Positions 33,531 through 43,762 of a DNA stretch of 64,000 nt are shown piece after piece. A program made the position numbers and the translations under genes. The stretch is from NCBI GenBank assembly GCA_963770895.1, contig CAVYRF010000002.1:704001-768000 (forward strand), written 5' to 3'. The notes under the pieces were generated by a model. It saw only the letters and a program-made list of their open reading frames with translations, ran no database searches and had not been told where the DNA came from. This DNA comes from an uncultured Acidobacteriota bacterium (lineage in GTDB: Bacteria; Acidobacteriota; Thermoanaerobaculia; Multivoradales; UBA5704). Every line of letters begins with the position of its first letter. Position 1 is the stretch's first letter.

Positions 33531-34307
33531 CTACTCGCCCCGCGCCAGCTTGACGAGGCTTTCCAGCGTGCGGAGCTTGCGGTCCTTGGTCGCGAACAGC
33601 CGCGCCGCAAAGAGAGCCGACGCGGCATGGGCCGACAGCAGGTCCAGCAGATCGCGGTCTTCCGCCCGCAGGATGGGCTTGTGGTCGAGCAGCTTGAGCA
33701 GCACCAGCGCGCCGACGATCTCGTTTTGCACCCGCAGCGGCACCGCCGCCAACGCTTTCGAGTCGCCGGTCGGTCCCAGGCGCAACACGCCGTCGCCGAG
33801 CGTCGCGTCGACCACCGGGTCGCCGCCGCCGTAGGTTTCGCCGCCGTACAGCGGATCGATGTCGCCGTAGGCACCTTCGATGAGGGCGATCTCGCAGCCG
33901 TCGCCTTCGTCGCGCCGCAGCAGCAGGACGAACTGCTCGGCGCCCAGCAGGTTGATGGCGATTTCGGCAATCGTCGCCTGCACCTCCGCCGGGTCCAGCG
34001 TCGCGTGCAGCTGGTAGGTGGCGACGTACAGGTTCATCAGGCGGCCGCCCTGGTGCTCCGAGTCCACCAGCCGCGACGCCAGCTCCTTGACGTCCGAATC
34101 GGCCGTCGCCAGACGCCGCTCCAGCTCGGTGACGCGGCTCAGGCCGGCGAGATCGCCGCCACGCTCCGCGATTTCGCGCAGGTTGACCTCTGCGACGCGG
34201 GCCAGCTCGCCGGCGCGCTCCAGGGTGATGCGCAGCTCGCCGATCAGGTCGAGTCCAGGCGAGGCCTGTGCCGGGCCGGCGCCGATCTGCGACACCCGGT
34301 CGTTCAC
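33531..34307 (-). CDS. Coiled-coil + GAF domain protein
   Basis: LMNLYVATYQLHATLD..EIAINLLGAE, AVPL, DLLSAHAASAL. Confidence 0.8.
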   Translation of the reverse strand: MNDRVSQIGAGPAQASPGLDLIGELRITLERAGELARVAEVNLREIAERGGDLAGLSRVTELERRLATADSDVKELASRLVDSEHQGGRLMNLYVATYQLHATLDPAEVQATIAEIAINLLGAEQFVLLLRRDEGDGCEIALIEGAYGDIDPLYGGETYGGGDPVVDATLGDGVLRLGPTGDSKALAAVPLRVQNEIVGALVLLKLLDHKPILRAEDRDLLDLLSAHAASALFAARLFATKDRKLRTLESLVKLARGE

Positions 34308-34684
34308 GCCGCGGACCTCGCCGGCAGACGGGCGATCACGGCCAGGATCTCCTCGCTGTGGAACGGCTTCTTGATGTACGCCGAGGCGCCGGCCGCGAGG
34401 CCGCGCACGGTGTCTTCTTCGCGCCCTTCGGTGCTGATGATCACCACCGAGGTGGCGCCCCGCGAACCGCCGGACGAGCGCAGCTGGGCGAGGAATTCCA
34501 GGCCGTTCATGTTCGGCATGTTCACGTCGAGCAGCACCAGGTCCACGTCTTCATGCTCGCGCAATCGTTCCAATGCCTGCCTGCCGTCGGAAGCGTACAC
34601 CAGCGCATACTGGCGCAGCATCACCTCGTACATTTTGTGCATGAGCTTCGAGTCATCGACGACCAGGACTTTCCTTGGCTGCAC
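34304..34684 (-). CDS. Single-domain response regulator (CheY-like)
   Basis: VVDD, LDVNMP, ST and KPF motifs; GGGAGAG before GTG 34684. Confidence 0.88.
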   Translation of the reverse strand: MQPRKVLVVDDSKLMHKMYEVMLRQYALVYASDGRQALERLREHEDVDLVLLDVNMPNMNGLEFLAQLRSSGGSRGATSVVIISTEGREEDTVRGLAAGASAYIKKPFHSEEILAVIARLPARSAA

Positions 34685-34922
34685 AGCGCTCTCCCGCCGG
34701 AGCTGCCAGGCCTCCTCGCCGGCTTCGGCGCGTGCCCGCGGTCCGGCGCTTTCGGTGGACGCACCAACCCCCAAAGCAGCAGTCTAGCCAATGCATTGAC
34801 CTAGTTCAAGTTGGTCGCAGCGCGCTCCAATTGCGCTGCGCGCCGCTCGCGTTGCAGTGCAGATTTGCGCTGACGCTAATACCGGCGACTGGTATACGAC
34901 CTGACAAATCCCCGCGTCAGGG

Positions 34923-35198
34923 ACCGATCCGCGTCGATTCGAAAGCCCGCTGTCGATGGCCGATGGGGTGCGCTGGTCGCGCCGGCTCTGGCGAGCCGCC
35001 GAAGTGATGCCGATCCTTCCCGCGCCCGGCGTCATGGATCGCACGCTCGAGCTCCTGGAGCGCCTGCGCCTGGGGCGCAAGCGCATCCTCGACACCGCCC
35101 TTGCCGCCACCCTCCAGCTGGCCGGCGTGGATCGCCTCGCCACCTTCAACGCGCCGGACTTCCGGCGGTTCGACTTTCTGCAGCTCACGCCGGACTGA
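34923..35198 (+). pseudogene. 5'-truncated PIN/VapC toxin fragment
   Basis: TDPRRFESPL...ILDTALAATL...LATFNAPDF; in-frame TGA at 34902; no N-terminal D motif and no antitoxin. Confidence 0.65.
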
Positions 35199-35220
35199 CT
35201 CCGATCCCAGACGCCACCCG

Positions 35221-37122
35221 TCACTGGTACATGTCGAGGAAGGCCTGGCTGTTGGCGTCGTCGGCGACGACCCAGGCCGAGAGGTTGGCCAGCATGTTGA
35301 TCTCGGTGGCGGACAGGCCGGTGTCGAAGGTCGGGTAGTGGGGGAACGAGTTGAACGCCATCGGATCGGTAAAGGAGCCGAGCAGCGCCTGCACCTGCGG
35401 CGAAAGCAGGTCGTACCAGGCCTTCACCCGGCTGTTGTAGACCCACAGCACGGTGACGGTGCGGCCGCCGTGCACCCCGAACCAGGCGTTGTCCAGCACC
35501 GGCAGGGTCTGCTTGAAGACGGCGGGGGCGGCGTTGGTGCCGCTGCCGCTGGCCGCCCACAGGCCGCGCAGAAACGGAGCGAACTGCTCCGGCGGGAAGA
35601 CGCAGCTCTTGCCGCCTTCGGCGAACACGGGGGTTTCGTCGCCGGCGTAGGGGATGTACCCGACTCCCGGCTGGTAGGGCTGGTAGCCGAACAGCGGCGG
35701 CAGGTCCTGGGTGACCGCCACCCGCGTCCCCGCGATCTCGTTGCCCTGGGCGTCGATGACGCCGCGGTTGCCGGAGGTGATCGCCGCGTCGGTGTTGATG
35801 AAGGAGATCAGCTGCCCCACGTCCGCATAGGAGAGGGTCGCTGCCACGCCCAGGTTTTCCAGGTTGCCGCCGTCGGCAAAGCGCGTCGGCTTGGTCGCCG
35901 GCCAGGCGGACGCGCCGGTGACCGGCCAGTACTGGAACTGCGGGATCAGGTCCTGCAGCACCTGCAGATCGGCCTTTGCCTCGACCAGCATCTCGATCTT
36001 CGACAGCACCGACTCCACGCCCTGCAGCGCCTTGGCCGCGACCATGTCGAACTCGGGGAAGCGGCTGCCCAGCAGGTCGGTGACCCGGCCGCCGAACTGG
36101 TTGAGCGCCACGAACATCTGGCTGGGGTCCTGCTGCCACGTGGCGAACAGGTTTTCCAGCACCTCGGCAAAGGCGGCGCTGCTGGCGCCGACGATCTCAG
36201 CCAGCGACAGCTGGCGCTGCTGCGCGGCCGACACCGCGGCAGCGTCCACCGCCGTCGGATTGGAGCTGAAGGCGAACGACGTGACGCCGCCGCCGCCCAC
36301 GGCGCGGCCGTTGGCGTCGGTGCCCTGCGGCGCGCCGACGATGCCGGTGAAAAAGGGCGTGGCCTGCGCCGGCGCCAGGTAGTGGTAGGTGGTGGCCGGG
36401 GTGTTCACGAACATCGAGCTGTTGCACAGCAGGTAGGGCCGCTGGTCGTGCCCGGCGCCGGCGGCGACCAGGTGCCCCGTTTCGGCGGCGAGCGCCGGGT
36501 TGGGGCCGGTGACCTGCGCGGCGAGCGTCGCCGGGTCCCACGAAAAATACGACGTCGGCAACGAATCGGTGCCGGGTTGGTACAGACCGTACGGCTGCAG
36601 GATGTGCATGCCGATCAGCACCTGCCACAGGAAGTTGGGAGGAGTGTGGTGGAACTTGTACAGCAGATAGCCGGCGATCGCCAGCGCCGGCACCGAGAAC
36701 AGGTCGCCCTCAATGGAGTTGCCGATGTTGCCGGCCGGCAGCACGTCCAGCGTCTCCGCCGGCGGATGCCCCGGCGTCGAGGTCGGCACCAGCGCCCCCT
36801 GGTCGGCGACGTAGTCGTTGAGGAACTGCGCGTCGCTCGTCGCGGCGGGCAGGAATTCGAAGGTCACACCCAGCCACGAACCGCCCGACACGGTGGACAG
36901 GCTGCGCGTCTGGCTGAGCAGGCTGCGGCCGTTGCTCTGCAGGTACGCCAGGGCGCGCAGCTGCCCCATGCCGGCGCTCAGGGCGCGCGAGCCGCCGCCG
37001 GAAAGGCAGACCCCCACCTGTCCGGGCGTATCGTTGCGCGCCACGAACTGGCCGACGGTGAGCGATTGGGAAGTGTCGGTCAGCTGGGCGTTGAAGGTCC
37101 CTGCCACTGCTTGGTTCGGCAT
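35221..37122 (-). CDS. Patatin/cPLA2-like (lyso)phospholipase
   Basis: CLSGGGSRA, STVSGGSW, ASSAA and ADGG motifs; GGAGG RBS. Confidence 0.75.
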   Translation of the reverse strand: MPNQAVAGTFNAQLTDTSQSLTVGQFVARNDTPGQVGVCLSGGGSRALSAGMGQLRALAYLQSNGRSLLSQTRSLSTVSGGSWLGVTFEFLPAATSDAQFLNDYVADQGALVPTSTPGHPPAETLDVLPAGNIGNSIEGDLFSVPALAIAGYLLYKFHHTPPNFLWQVLIGMHILQPYGLYQPGTDSLPTSYFSWDPATLAAQVTGPNPALAAETGHLVAAGAGHDQRPYLLCNSSMFVNTPATTYHYLAPAQATPFFTGIVGAPQGTDANGRAVGGGGVTSFAFSSNPTAVDAAAVSAAQQRQLSLAEIVGASSAAFAEVLENLFATWQQDPSQMFVALNQFGGRVTDLLGSRFPEFDMVAAKALQGVESVLSKIEMLVEAKADLQVLQDLIPQFQYWPVTGASAWPATKPTRFADGGNLENLGVAATLSYADVGQLISFINTDAAITSGNRGVIDAQGNEIAGTRVAVTQDLPPLFGYQPYQPGVGYIPYAGDETPVFAEGGKSCVFPPEQFAPFLRGLWAASGSGTNAAPAVFKQTLPVLDNAWFGVHGGRTVTVLWVYNSRVKAWYDLLSPQVQALLGSFTDPMAFNSFPHYPTFDTGLSATEINMLANLSAWVVADDANSQAFLDMYQ

Positions 37123-37270
37123 CGAAGCCTCCCTTTGGGGCCGGCGAGCGCCCCATCGTTTCTGCTCGCACCAGGCATGCGCGGCACCCGGCGCCGAATT
37201 GGAATCGGTCGTGGATTTTTGGCAGTTTAGCATGACCGCGCCGGCACCGGCGCCATGGTAAATTCAGCCC

Positions 37271-37768
37271 ATGGCGGTGCCGACGGACCCGGTGGTGGCA
37301 GGGTGGGCCTCGTACTACGCGGGGCTGCTGCGCGAGCGCCGTCACGGCGCCCAGCAGCTGGCGGTCCTGACCCGGCTACGGCGGGCGCGCCAGCACATGA
37401 CGGCCGGCCAGGCGCTGGAGGAGCCGCTGGACCTGGCGGCGATGGCCAGCGCCGCGCACTTTTCCAAGTTCCATTTTCTCCGCCTGTTCCGGCAGGCGTA
37501 CGGCGAAACGCCGGCGCGCTATCGCTCGCAGCTGCGCCTGGAACGGGCGCGCGCGCTGCTTGAAACCACCGACCGCAGCATCACCGACATCTGCCTGGAC
37601 GTCGGGTTTGCCAGCCTCCCCTCCTTCAGCGGCGCCTTTCGCAAGCACACCGGCCATTCGCCGCGGCACTACCGGCGCAGCCAGATCGTGGTGCCGCGCG
37701 CCATCCGGGCGGCACCGCGGGTGCCGGGTTGTTTCGTCGCCATGTACGCGGCGACGCGGCCGGCTTAG
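37271..37768 (+). CDS. AraC-family HTH regulator
   Basis: SKFHFLRLF..YGETP, RLERARALL, SITDIC..VGF.S..SFS..F. Confidence 0.88.
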   Translation: MAVPTDPVVAGWASYYAGLLRERRHGAQQLAVLTRLRRARQHMTAGQALEEPLDLAAMASAAHFSKFHFLRLFRQAYGETPARYRSQLRLERARALLETTDRSITDICLDVGFASLPSFSGAFRKHTGHSPRHYRRSQIVVPRAIRAAPRVPGCFVAMYAATRPA

Positions 37769-37833
37769 CAATCGGCGATAAGCGTCGCCGCGGCGGGTGC
37801 GCTAGCGTTCTCCCAACAGATAAGGAGACCGCA

Positions 37834-38238
37834 ATGATCAGCCACCTGTCCCACGCCGTCGTCTACGTCCTCGATCACGACCGCGCCATCGACTTCTACA
37901 CCAACAAGCTGGGCATGGAGGTGCGCACCGATGCGCGCGCGGGCGACTTCCGCTGGGTCACCGTCGGCGTGCCCGGCCAGCCCGAGGTGGAGATCGCGCT
38001 GATGGAGCCCAAACCCGGCCTGGTGATGGACGCCGAGGACGCCGCCCAGATCCGCGCCCTGGTCGCAAAGGGCGCGCTGAGCGGGGGCGTCCTCGACACC
38101 CCCGACTGCGCCGCCGCCTACCAGGAGCTCAAAGCGCGCGGAGTGCAGTTCAAATCCGAGCCTCAAAAGCAGGAGTGGGGCACCGGCGCGGTCTTCGTCG
38201 ACGATTCGGGCAACTTCTTCAGCCTCTCCCAGCATTGA
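37834..38238 (+). CDS. VOC/glyoxalase family protein
   Basis: AIDFYTNKLG, FRWVTV, GVQF, WG..AVF.DDSGN; TAAGGAG RBS. Confidence 0.88.
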   Translation: MISHLSHAVVYVLDHDRAIDFYTNKLGMEVRTDARAGDFRWVTVGVPGQPEVEIALMEPKPGLVMDAEDAAQIRALVAKGALSGGVLDTPDCAAAYQELKARGVQFKSEPQKQEWGTGAVFVDDSGNFFSLSQH

Positions 38239-38330
38239 GACCCGGCGCTTGTCTCGCGGCGGCGCGCCGGCTAACCTGGGCCGGCCGGCCGGCGCGCCGC
38301 CGGCCATCCACCGGCGAAGGGAGAGCAACC

Positions 38331-39071
38331 ATGATCGACGAAGACATCCAGGTCCAGGCCGCCGACGGCACCGCCCTGGCCGTGCTGGTGCGCGACGGGG
38401 GCGGGCGGCGGCGGCCCGCGGTCCTGCTGCTGACCGACATCGGCGGTATCCGCCCCGCCACCCGCGACCACGCCCGCCGTCTGGGTGAGCAGGGCTACAC
38501 CGTCCTGCTTCCCAACGTCTTCTACCGGACCGCCCAGCCGCCGCTCTGGGAGACCCGCCCCAACATGGCCGAAGAGAAGGGCAGGCAGCGCTTTGCCGAG
38601 CTGACCGGGCCGCTCGCTCCCGACGCCATGGAGCGCGACTGCGGCGCCTACGTCGATTTCCTGGCCGGCTGCGCCGCCGCCGCGCCGGGGCCGATGGCCG
38701 TCGTCGGCTACTGCTTTACCGGCGGCATGGCCCTGCGCGCCGCCGCGGCGCGCGCCGACCGCATCGCCGCCGCCGCCTCGTTCCACGGCGGCGGCCTGTG
38801 GACCGACGCCCCCACCAGCCCTCACCTGCAGCTGCCCCGCGTCAAGGCGCGGCTCTACTTCGGCCACGCCCAGGACGACCGCAGCATGCCCGCCGCCGCC
38901 ATCGCCCAGCTGGAAGGCGCGCTGGCCGCCTGGGGCGGCACCTGGGAGAGCGAGGTCTACCAGGGCGCCCACCACGGCTGGACCATGCCGGGATCCCCGG
39001 TCTACAACCCCGAGCAGGCCGACCGCGCCTTCGGCAAGCTGACCGACCTGCTGGCCGCCACTCTTCGGTAA
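38331..39071 (+). CDS. Dienelactone hydrolase
   Basis: GYCFTG, SFHGG, DRSM, GAHHGW. Confidence 0.9.
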   Translation: MIDEDIQVQAADGTALAVLVRDGGGRRRPAVLLLTDIGGIRPATRDHARRLGEQGYTVLLPNVFYRTAQPPLWETRPNMAEEKGRQRFAELTGPLAPDAMERDCGAYVDFLAGCAAAAPGPMAVVGYCFTGGMALRAAAARADRIAAAASFHGGGLWTDAPTSPHLQLPRVKARLYFGHAQDDRSMPAAAIAQLEGALAAWGGTWESEVYQGAHHGWTMPGSPVYNPEQADRAFGKLTDLLAATLR

Positions 39072-39395
39072 TCGCGGCAGCGCCGTGCGGACCAGCCGCG
39101 CGGGCCAGGCCCGGGCACGCGTCCAATCGCGACAGGACCAAGCGGAATTTTGGCCGCCGCGTCCCGTTCCTGGCCGCGACTCGCACGCCCTCCTAAGAGA
39201 GGCCCGCCATCCGGCAGGTGGTGGTGCCCGGCCTGCTCCGCAAAGCCAGCATGCTTAGCTTTTCCGATACACTGCAACGCACACAAGGCGCCGGCGGCGC
39301 CCCTCAACCCTCGCACTGGCAAGCATTGCCGCAACCGCAGGCGCAAACGCTGGAGTTGCGCCCATTCACCACCCGCACCCGAAAGGACTATCGCA

Positions 39396-39887
39396 ATGGT
39401 TGACGCTCGGTTGGGCTCACAGGCCCGCAGTATTGATCATATTGCCATCGCCGTTCGCAATCTCGAAGAATCGATCACCTTCTATACCGACGTGTTGGGC
39501 TTCGAGCTCCGCGAGCGCCGCAAGACCGAAGGCAAAAAGACCGCCATGGTTTCGGCCGTGCTCAAGGCCGGCCCGATCACCGTGGTGCTGCTCGAGGGGA
39601 CCTCGCCGGAATCGCAGGTGTCCAAGTTCATCGAGCACTACGGCCCCGGCGTGCAACACCTGGCCGTCGCCGTCGAAGATCTGCCGGCAACCGCCGAACG
39701 GCTCAAGCAGGCCGGTCTGTCCTTCGATACCTCCATCATCGAGAGCCCGGGCCTGCGGCAGATCTTCACCACTCGCGACCCCGGCTCGGGCATCATGATC
39801 GAGCTCATCGAGCGGATGGGTGGCGACTTCAGCGATCAGAGCGTGCAGAATCTCTTCCAGCAGCTGGAGCAGAAGGACAGCTTCTAG
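39396..39887 (+). CDS. VOC-family metalloenzyme (epimerase- or HPPD-domain-like)
   Basis: IDHIAIAV, GPGVQHLA, LRQIFT, IELIER. Confidence 0.85.
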   Translation: MVDARLGSQARSIDHIAIAVRNLEESITFYTDVLGFELRERRKTEGKKTAMVSAVLKAGPITVVLLEGTSPESQVSKFIEHYGPGVQHLAVAVEDLPATAERLKQAGLSFDTSIIESPGLRQIFTTRDPGSGIMIELIERMGGDFSDQSVQNLFQQLEQKDSF

Positions 39888-39947
39888 AAGCGCGGCGCCG
39901 ACCGCGCCCGTGCACGCCCCGCCCACCGCGGGCGTTCAGGAGGTGAT

Positions 39948-41216
39948 GTGAAGCTGCAGCTGAAGCCCTGTTTCACCGAGCCGTTGCTGGAAGTCATGAA
40001 CTTCCTCAACGAGGTCGTGCTGCGCTATCCGCAGGCCGTGTCGTTCGCGCCCGGCCGGCCGGCGGAGCAGCATTTCGACGTCGCCGCCAGCCTCGACAAG
40101 GTGGCGACCTTCGTCGCCGATCGCGCCGCGGCCAGCGGCGCCTCGCAGCAGGCCGTCTACCGCGATCTCGGCCAGTACAACCGCACCAACGGCATCATCA
40201 ACGACCTGATCGCGCGCCAGATCGCCGCCGACGAGCACATCGCCGCCGACGCCGCATCGATCGTCGTCACCACCGGCTGCCAGGAGGGCATGGCAATCCT
40301 GCTCGCCGGACTCTTCGAGCCCGAGCGCGACGTGCTGCTGGTGAGCGATCCCACCTACATCGGCATCACCGGCCTGGCGCGCATCCTGGGCATCACCGTC
40401 GTGCCGGTGGCGAGCGGACCGCATGGCCTCGCGCCGCACGACGTCGAAGCGGCGATCGACGCCGTCGAGGCATCCGGCCGCCGCCCCCGCGCCCTGTACG
40501 ACATCCCCGACTTCAACAACCCCATGGGCACCCGCCTGCCGCTCGCCGCGCGCCACGCCCTGCTCGACCTCGCCGCCCGGCGCGGGGTGCTGATTTTCGA
40601 AGACAACCCCTATGGCATGTTCGGCTATGACGGCGAGCCGCTGCCGACCCTCAAGGCACTCGACCGGCAAGGCGTGGTCGTCTACATGGGGAGCTTCTCG
40701 AAGACGCTCTTTCCCGGCCTGCGCCTGGGCTACCTGGTCGCCGACCAGCAGGTCGACCTGCCCGGCGGCCGCCACGCCAGCCTCGCCGCCGAGCTCTCCA
40801 AGGTCAAGAGCCTGACCACCGTCAACACCTCTCCCCTGTTGCAGGCGGTCGCCGGCGGCATCCTGCTCGAAAACGGCGGCTCGCTCGCCGCCCTGATGAG
40901 CCGCAAGCTCCCCTCCTACCGGGCCAATCGCGACCGCATGCTGGCCTGCCTGGAGGCCCACCTGTCCGGCATCGCCACCTGGAATCGCCCCCAGGGCGGC
41001 TTCTTCCTCACCATCGACCTGCCCTTCGCATTCGATACCGACTGCCTGGAAACCTGCGCCCGCGACTTCGGCGTCATCTGCTGCCCGATGACCTTCTTCG
41101 CCCTGGCGCCCGGCCGCGAGCGCCAGATCCGCCTCTCCTTCAGCTACGTCACCGAAGAGCAGATCGAACAAGGCATCGCCCGCCTGGCGCGCTTCATCCG
41201 CGGATTCGGCCGATGA
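39948..41216 (+). CDS. PLP aminotransferase, HpgT/Pgat-like
   Basis: EVMNFLNEV, SFAPGRP, FNNPMG, EDNPY, GSFSKTLFPGLRLG. Confidence 0.88.
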   Translation: MKLQLKPCFTEPLLEVMNFLNEVVLRYPQAVSFAPGRPAEQHFDVAASLDKVATFVADRAAASGASQQAVYRDLGQYNRTNGIINDLIARQIAADEHIAADAASIVVTTGCQEGMAILLAGLFEPERDVLLVSDPTYIGITGLARILGITVVPVASGPHGLAPHDVEAAIDAVEASGRRPRALYDIPDFNNPMGTRLPLAARHALLDLAARRGVLIFEDNPYGMFGYDGEPLPTLKALDRQGVVVYMGSFSKTLFPGLRLGYLVADQQVDLPGGRHASLAAELSKVKSLTTVNTSPLLQAVAGGILLENGGSLAALMSRKLPSYRANRDRMLACLEAHLSGIATWNRPQGGFFLTIDLPFAFDTDCLETCARDFGVICCPMTFFALAPGRERQIRLSFSYVTEEQIEQGIARLARFIRGFGR

Positions 41217-42307
41217 CCGGGTGGGCGCCTTCGCGCATCGCGGCCACGGCCTCCGCCGCCTTCACCCGGCGGGGTCTGTCCGCCGAGCACGCCGCCTATG
41301 TCGTCCAGGGCCTGCTGTTCGCCTCCGCCCGCGGCATCGACACCCACGGCCTGCGCCTGCTCAAGACCTACCTGGCGGAGCTCGACGGCGGCCGCGCCCT
41401 GGCCCGCCCCCGGCTGATCTGGCAACGCGAAAAGGGTGCCGTCCGCCTCCTCGACGCCGGCAACGCCCTGGGCATGGTCGCCGGCCGGGTGGCCGCGGCG
41501 CAGGCCGCCACCCTCGCCCACGAATTCGGCATCGGCGCCGTCACCGTCGCCAACTCCAACCACTTCGGCGCCGCCTCCTACTACACCGTCCAGCTGGCCC
41601 AGGACGGCCTCATCGGCCTCGCCTTCAGCAACTCCGACGCCCTGGTCGCCCCCCACAACGGCCTGCGCCCGCTGTTCGGCACCAACCCCCTATCCCTGGC
41701 CGTCGCCGGCGACGACGACGAGCTGTTCTGCGCCGACCTGGCCACCAGCCAGGTCTCCTACTCCCGCATCAAGCACCACCGCCAGCAGGGCATCCCGCTG
41801 CAACCCGGCTGGGCCCTGGCTGCCGACGGCACCGACGCCGCGCTCCCGCCGGCCGCGCCCGCCGGCGACCTGGCCCCCCGCTCACCCTCCCCGGCCGCAC
41901 CCGCCGGCGGCGTGACGCCTGGCGAAGTCGCGGCGCTCCAGCCCCTTGGCGGCTACAAAGGGCAGTGCCTGGGCATGGCCGTCGAGATCCTGTGCAGCCT
42001 GCTCACCGGCATGCCCTTCGACCACACGCTCACCCATCTGTACGATCCCCCCTTTGACCAGCCGCGCCAGGTCGCGCATCTCCTGATCGCCATCGACCCC
42101 GCCGCCCTGACCGACGCGCCCGCCCTGCGCACCAGGCTCACCCAATGGCTCCGCACCACCCGCACCGAGCCCGCCGCCGGCGCCGATCCCATCCTGGTGC
42201 CCGGCGACCCCGAGCGCGCCGCCGCCGCCGAGCGGCACCACCTCATCCCGCTCGACGATGAAGACCTGCGCCTCCTGACCGCTCTGGAACAGGCTGCAGA
42301 CAGCTAG
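41213..42307 (+). CDS. Ldh_2 (MDH/LDH-like) oxidoreductase
   Basis: RGIDTHG, SNHFGAA, FGTNP, DLATS, GGYKG, PGDPE. Confidence 0.88.
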   Translation: MTGWAPSRIAATASAAFTRRGLSAEHAAYVVQGLLFASARGIDTHGLRLLKTYLAELDGGRALARPRLIWQREKGAVRLLDAGNALGMVAGRVAAAQAATLAHEFGIGAVTVANSNHFGAASYYTVQLAQDGLIGLAFSNSDALVAPHNGLRPLFGTNPLSLAVAGDDDELFCADLATSQVSYSRIKHHRQQGIPLQPGWALAADGTDAALPPAAPAGDLAPRSPSPAAPAGGVTPGEVAALQPLGGYKGQCLGMAVEILCSLLTGMPFDHTLTHLYDPPFDQPRQVAHLLIAIDPAALTDAPALRTRLTQWLRTTRTEPAAGADPILVPGDPERAAAAERHHLIPLDDEDLRLLTALEQAADS

Positions 42308-42466
42308 CACCGCGCGGCGCTCCACGGCTCCGCCCGGAGCATGCGAATATAGCTGAAATAGAGTGCGGCGGTATTTACAGCGAAAGATTCCCGCATATTC
42401 TTCTTCAGGACGCCCGCGTATCGGCCGCGCCGATGTCGGCCGGCGCGATGCGCCAGCGAACCCGCC

Positions 42467-43723
42467 ATGGCCGCCAAGAAGCACGTTCTCATCATTCCTG
42501 ACGGCGCGGCCGACCGCCATCGGCGCCAGGGCCTCTCCCCCATGGCCGAGGCGCACCAACCCTTTCAAGACTGGCTGGCCAGAAACGGTCTGTGCGGCCG
42601 CATGCAGACCCAGTACGAAGACCTGCCGCGCGGCAGCATCGTCGCCCAGCTGGGCATGCTCGGCTGGGACCCACGCCAATACCGCTGCCTGTCGCGATCC
42701 GCCTGGGAGCTGCTGGCGCTCGGCACCGTCGACCTGCACCGCAACGACCTGGTCTTGCGCGCCAACCTGGTGCGCACCGCAGGGCAGCGCCTGGTCAGCT
42801 ACAACGCCGGCTTCATCCGCAGCCAGGACGCCATCCCGCTCATCGACCGCCTCAATGCCCACCTGCGGAGCCAATTTCCCGAAATCGAGCTCTACCACAA
42901 CTGCGACTTCCGCAACAGCCTGGTCATCCGCGGCATCGGCGTCGATCCCCTGGCCCTCACCGGCCCCGAGCCGCACGAAAGCGAAGGCCTCGACCTGGCA
43001 GGCGGCGCGCTCCTCAGCGGCTGCGGCCCGGCGGCCCAAGCGGCGGCCGCCAGGATCAACCGCTACGTCGCCCGCGCCGCCGACCTGCTGGCCGGCGCCC
43101 AGGCCAATTTTCTATTCCCCTGGAGCGCCGGCTGCCCCCTGCGGCTGCCCTCCTTCAAGGCCAACACCGGCTTTCAGGGCCGCGTCGCCATCATCGGCTG
43201 CATGGACTTCCTCCGCGGCATCGCCCGCGCCGCCGACATCGACTTCTACCCCGTCGGCAACGGCCGCCCCGACACCGACTACGCCGCCAAGGGAGCCAAG
43301 CTCCTGCAGCTGCTCGACGACGGCTACGCCCTGGTCGTCTGCCACATCAACGCCCCGGACGAAGCCGCCCACATGCACGATCGCAACCTCAAGATCCGCT
43401 GCCTGGAATCCATCGACCGCCACATCGTCGGCCCCGCCGTCGACTACTTCCGCCCCCGCATGGCCGACCTCGGAGGCCTCCTGGTAGCCCCCGATCACTA
43501 CACCAACCTCCTCCTGGACGGCCCCCGCGCCGACGCCCACTCCACCGACCCCGTCCCCTTCGTCCTCTGGAACGGCCGCGACCGCCAGGCCGCCCCCGCC
43601 TTCCACGAAGACGCCGTAGCCGCCATCCACCCCGCCCCACCCCCCATCAGCCACCTCCGCCTCCTCGACCTCCTGGGCGTCCGAATCCTGGCCGCGCAAC
43701 CCCACCACCCCACCGCCGCCTGA
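42467..43723 (+). CDS. ApgM-like metalloenzyme (alkaline phosphatase superfamily phosphoglycerate mutase-like)
   Basis: IPDGAAD, GSIVAQ, HINAPDEAAH, PDHYT, HSTDPVP. Confidence 0.82.
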   Translation: MAAKKHVLIIPDGAADRHRRQGLSPMAEAHQPFQDWLARNGLCGRMQTQYEDLPRGSIVAQLGMLGWDPRQYRCLSRSAWELLALGTVDLHRNDLVLRANLVRTAGQRLVSYNAGFIRSQDAIPLIDRLNAHLRSQFPEIELYHNCDFRNSLVIRGIGVDPLALTGPEPHESEGLDLAGGALLSGCGPAAQAAAARINRYVARAADLLAGAQANFLFPWSAGCPLRLPSFKANTGFQGRVAIIGCMDFLRGIARAADIDFYPVGNGRPDTDYAAKGAKLLQLLDDGYALVVCHINAPDEAAHMHDRNLKIRCLESIDRHIVGPAVDYFRPRMADLGGLLVAPDHYTNLLLDGPRADAHSTDPVPFVLWNGRDRQAAPAFHEDAVAAIHPAPPPISHLRLLDLLGVRILAAQPHHPTAA

Positions 43724-43762
43724 CCCTCGGCCGCAGGGAACACGCGAGATCCGTCGGCAAGC

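Noticed and set aside
41213-43723. Strong C-skew on the plus strand
   Set aside because: Explained by C-ending codon preference; no periodic structure seen
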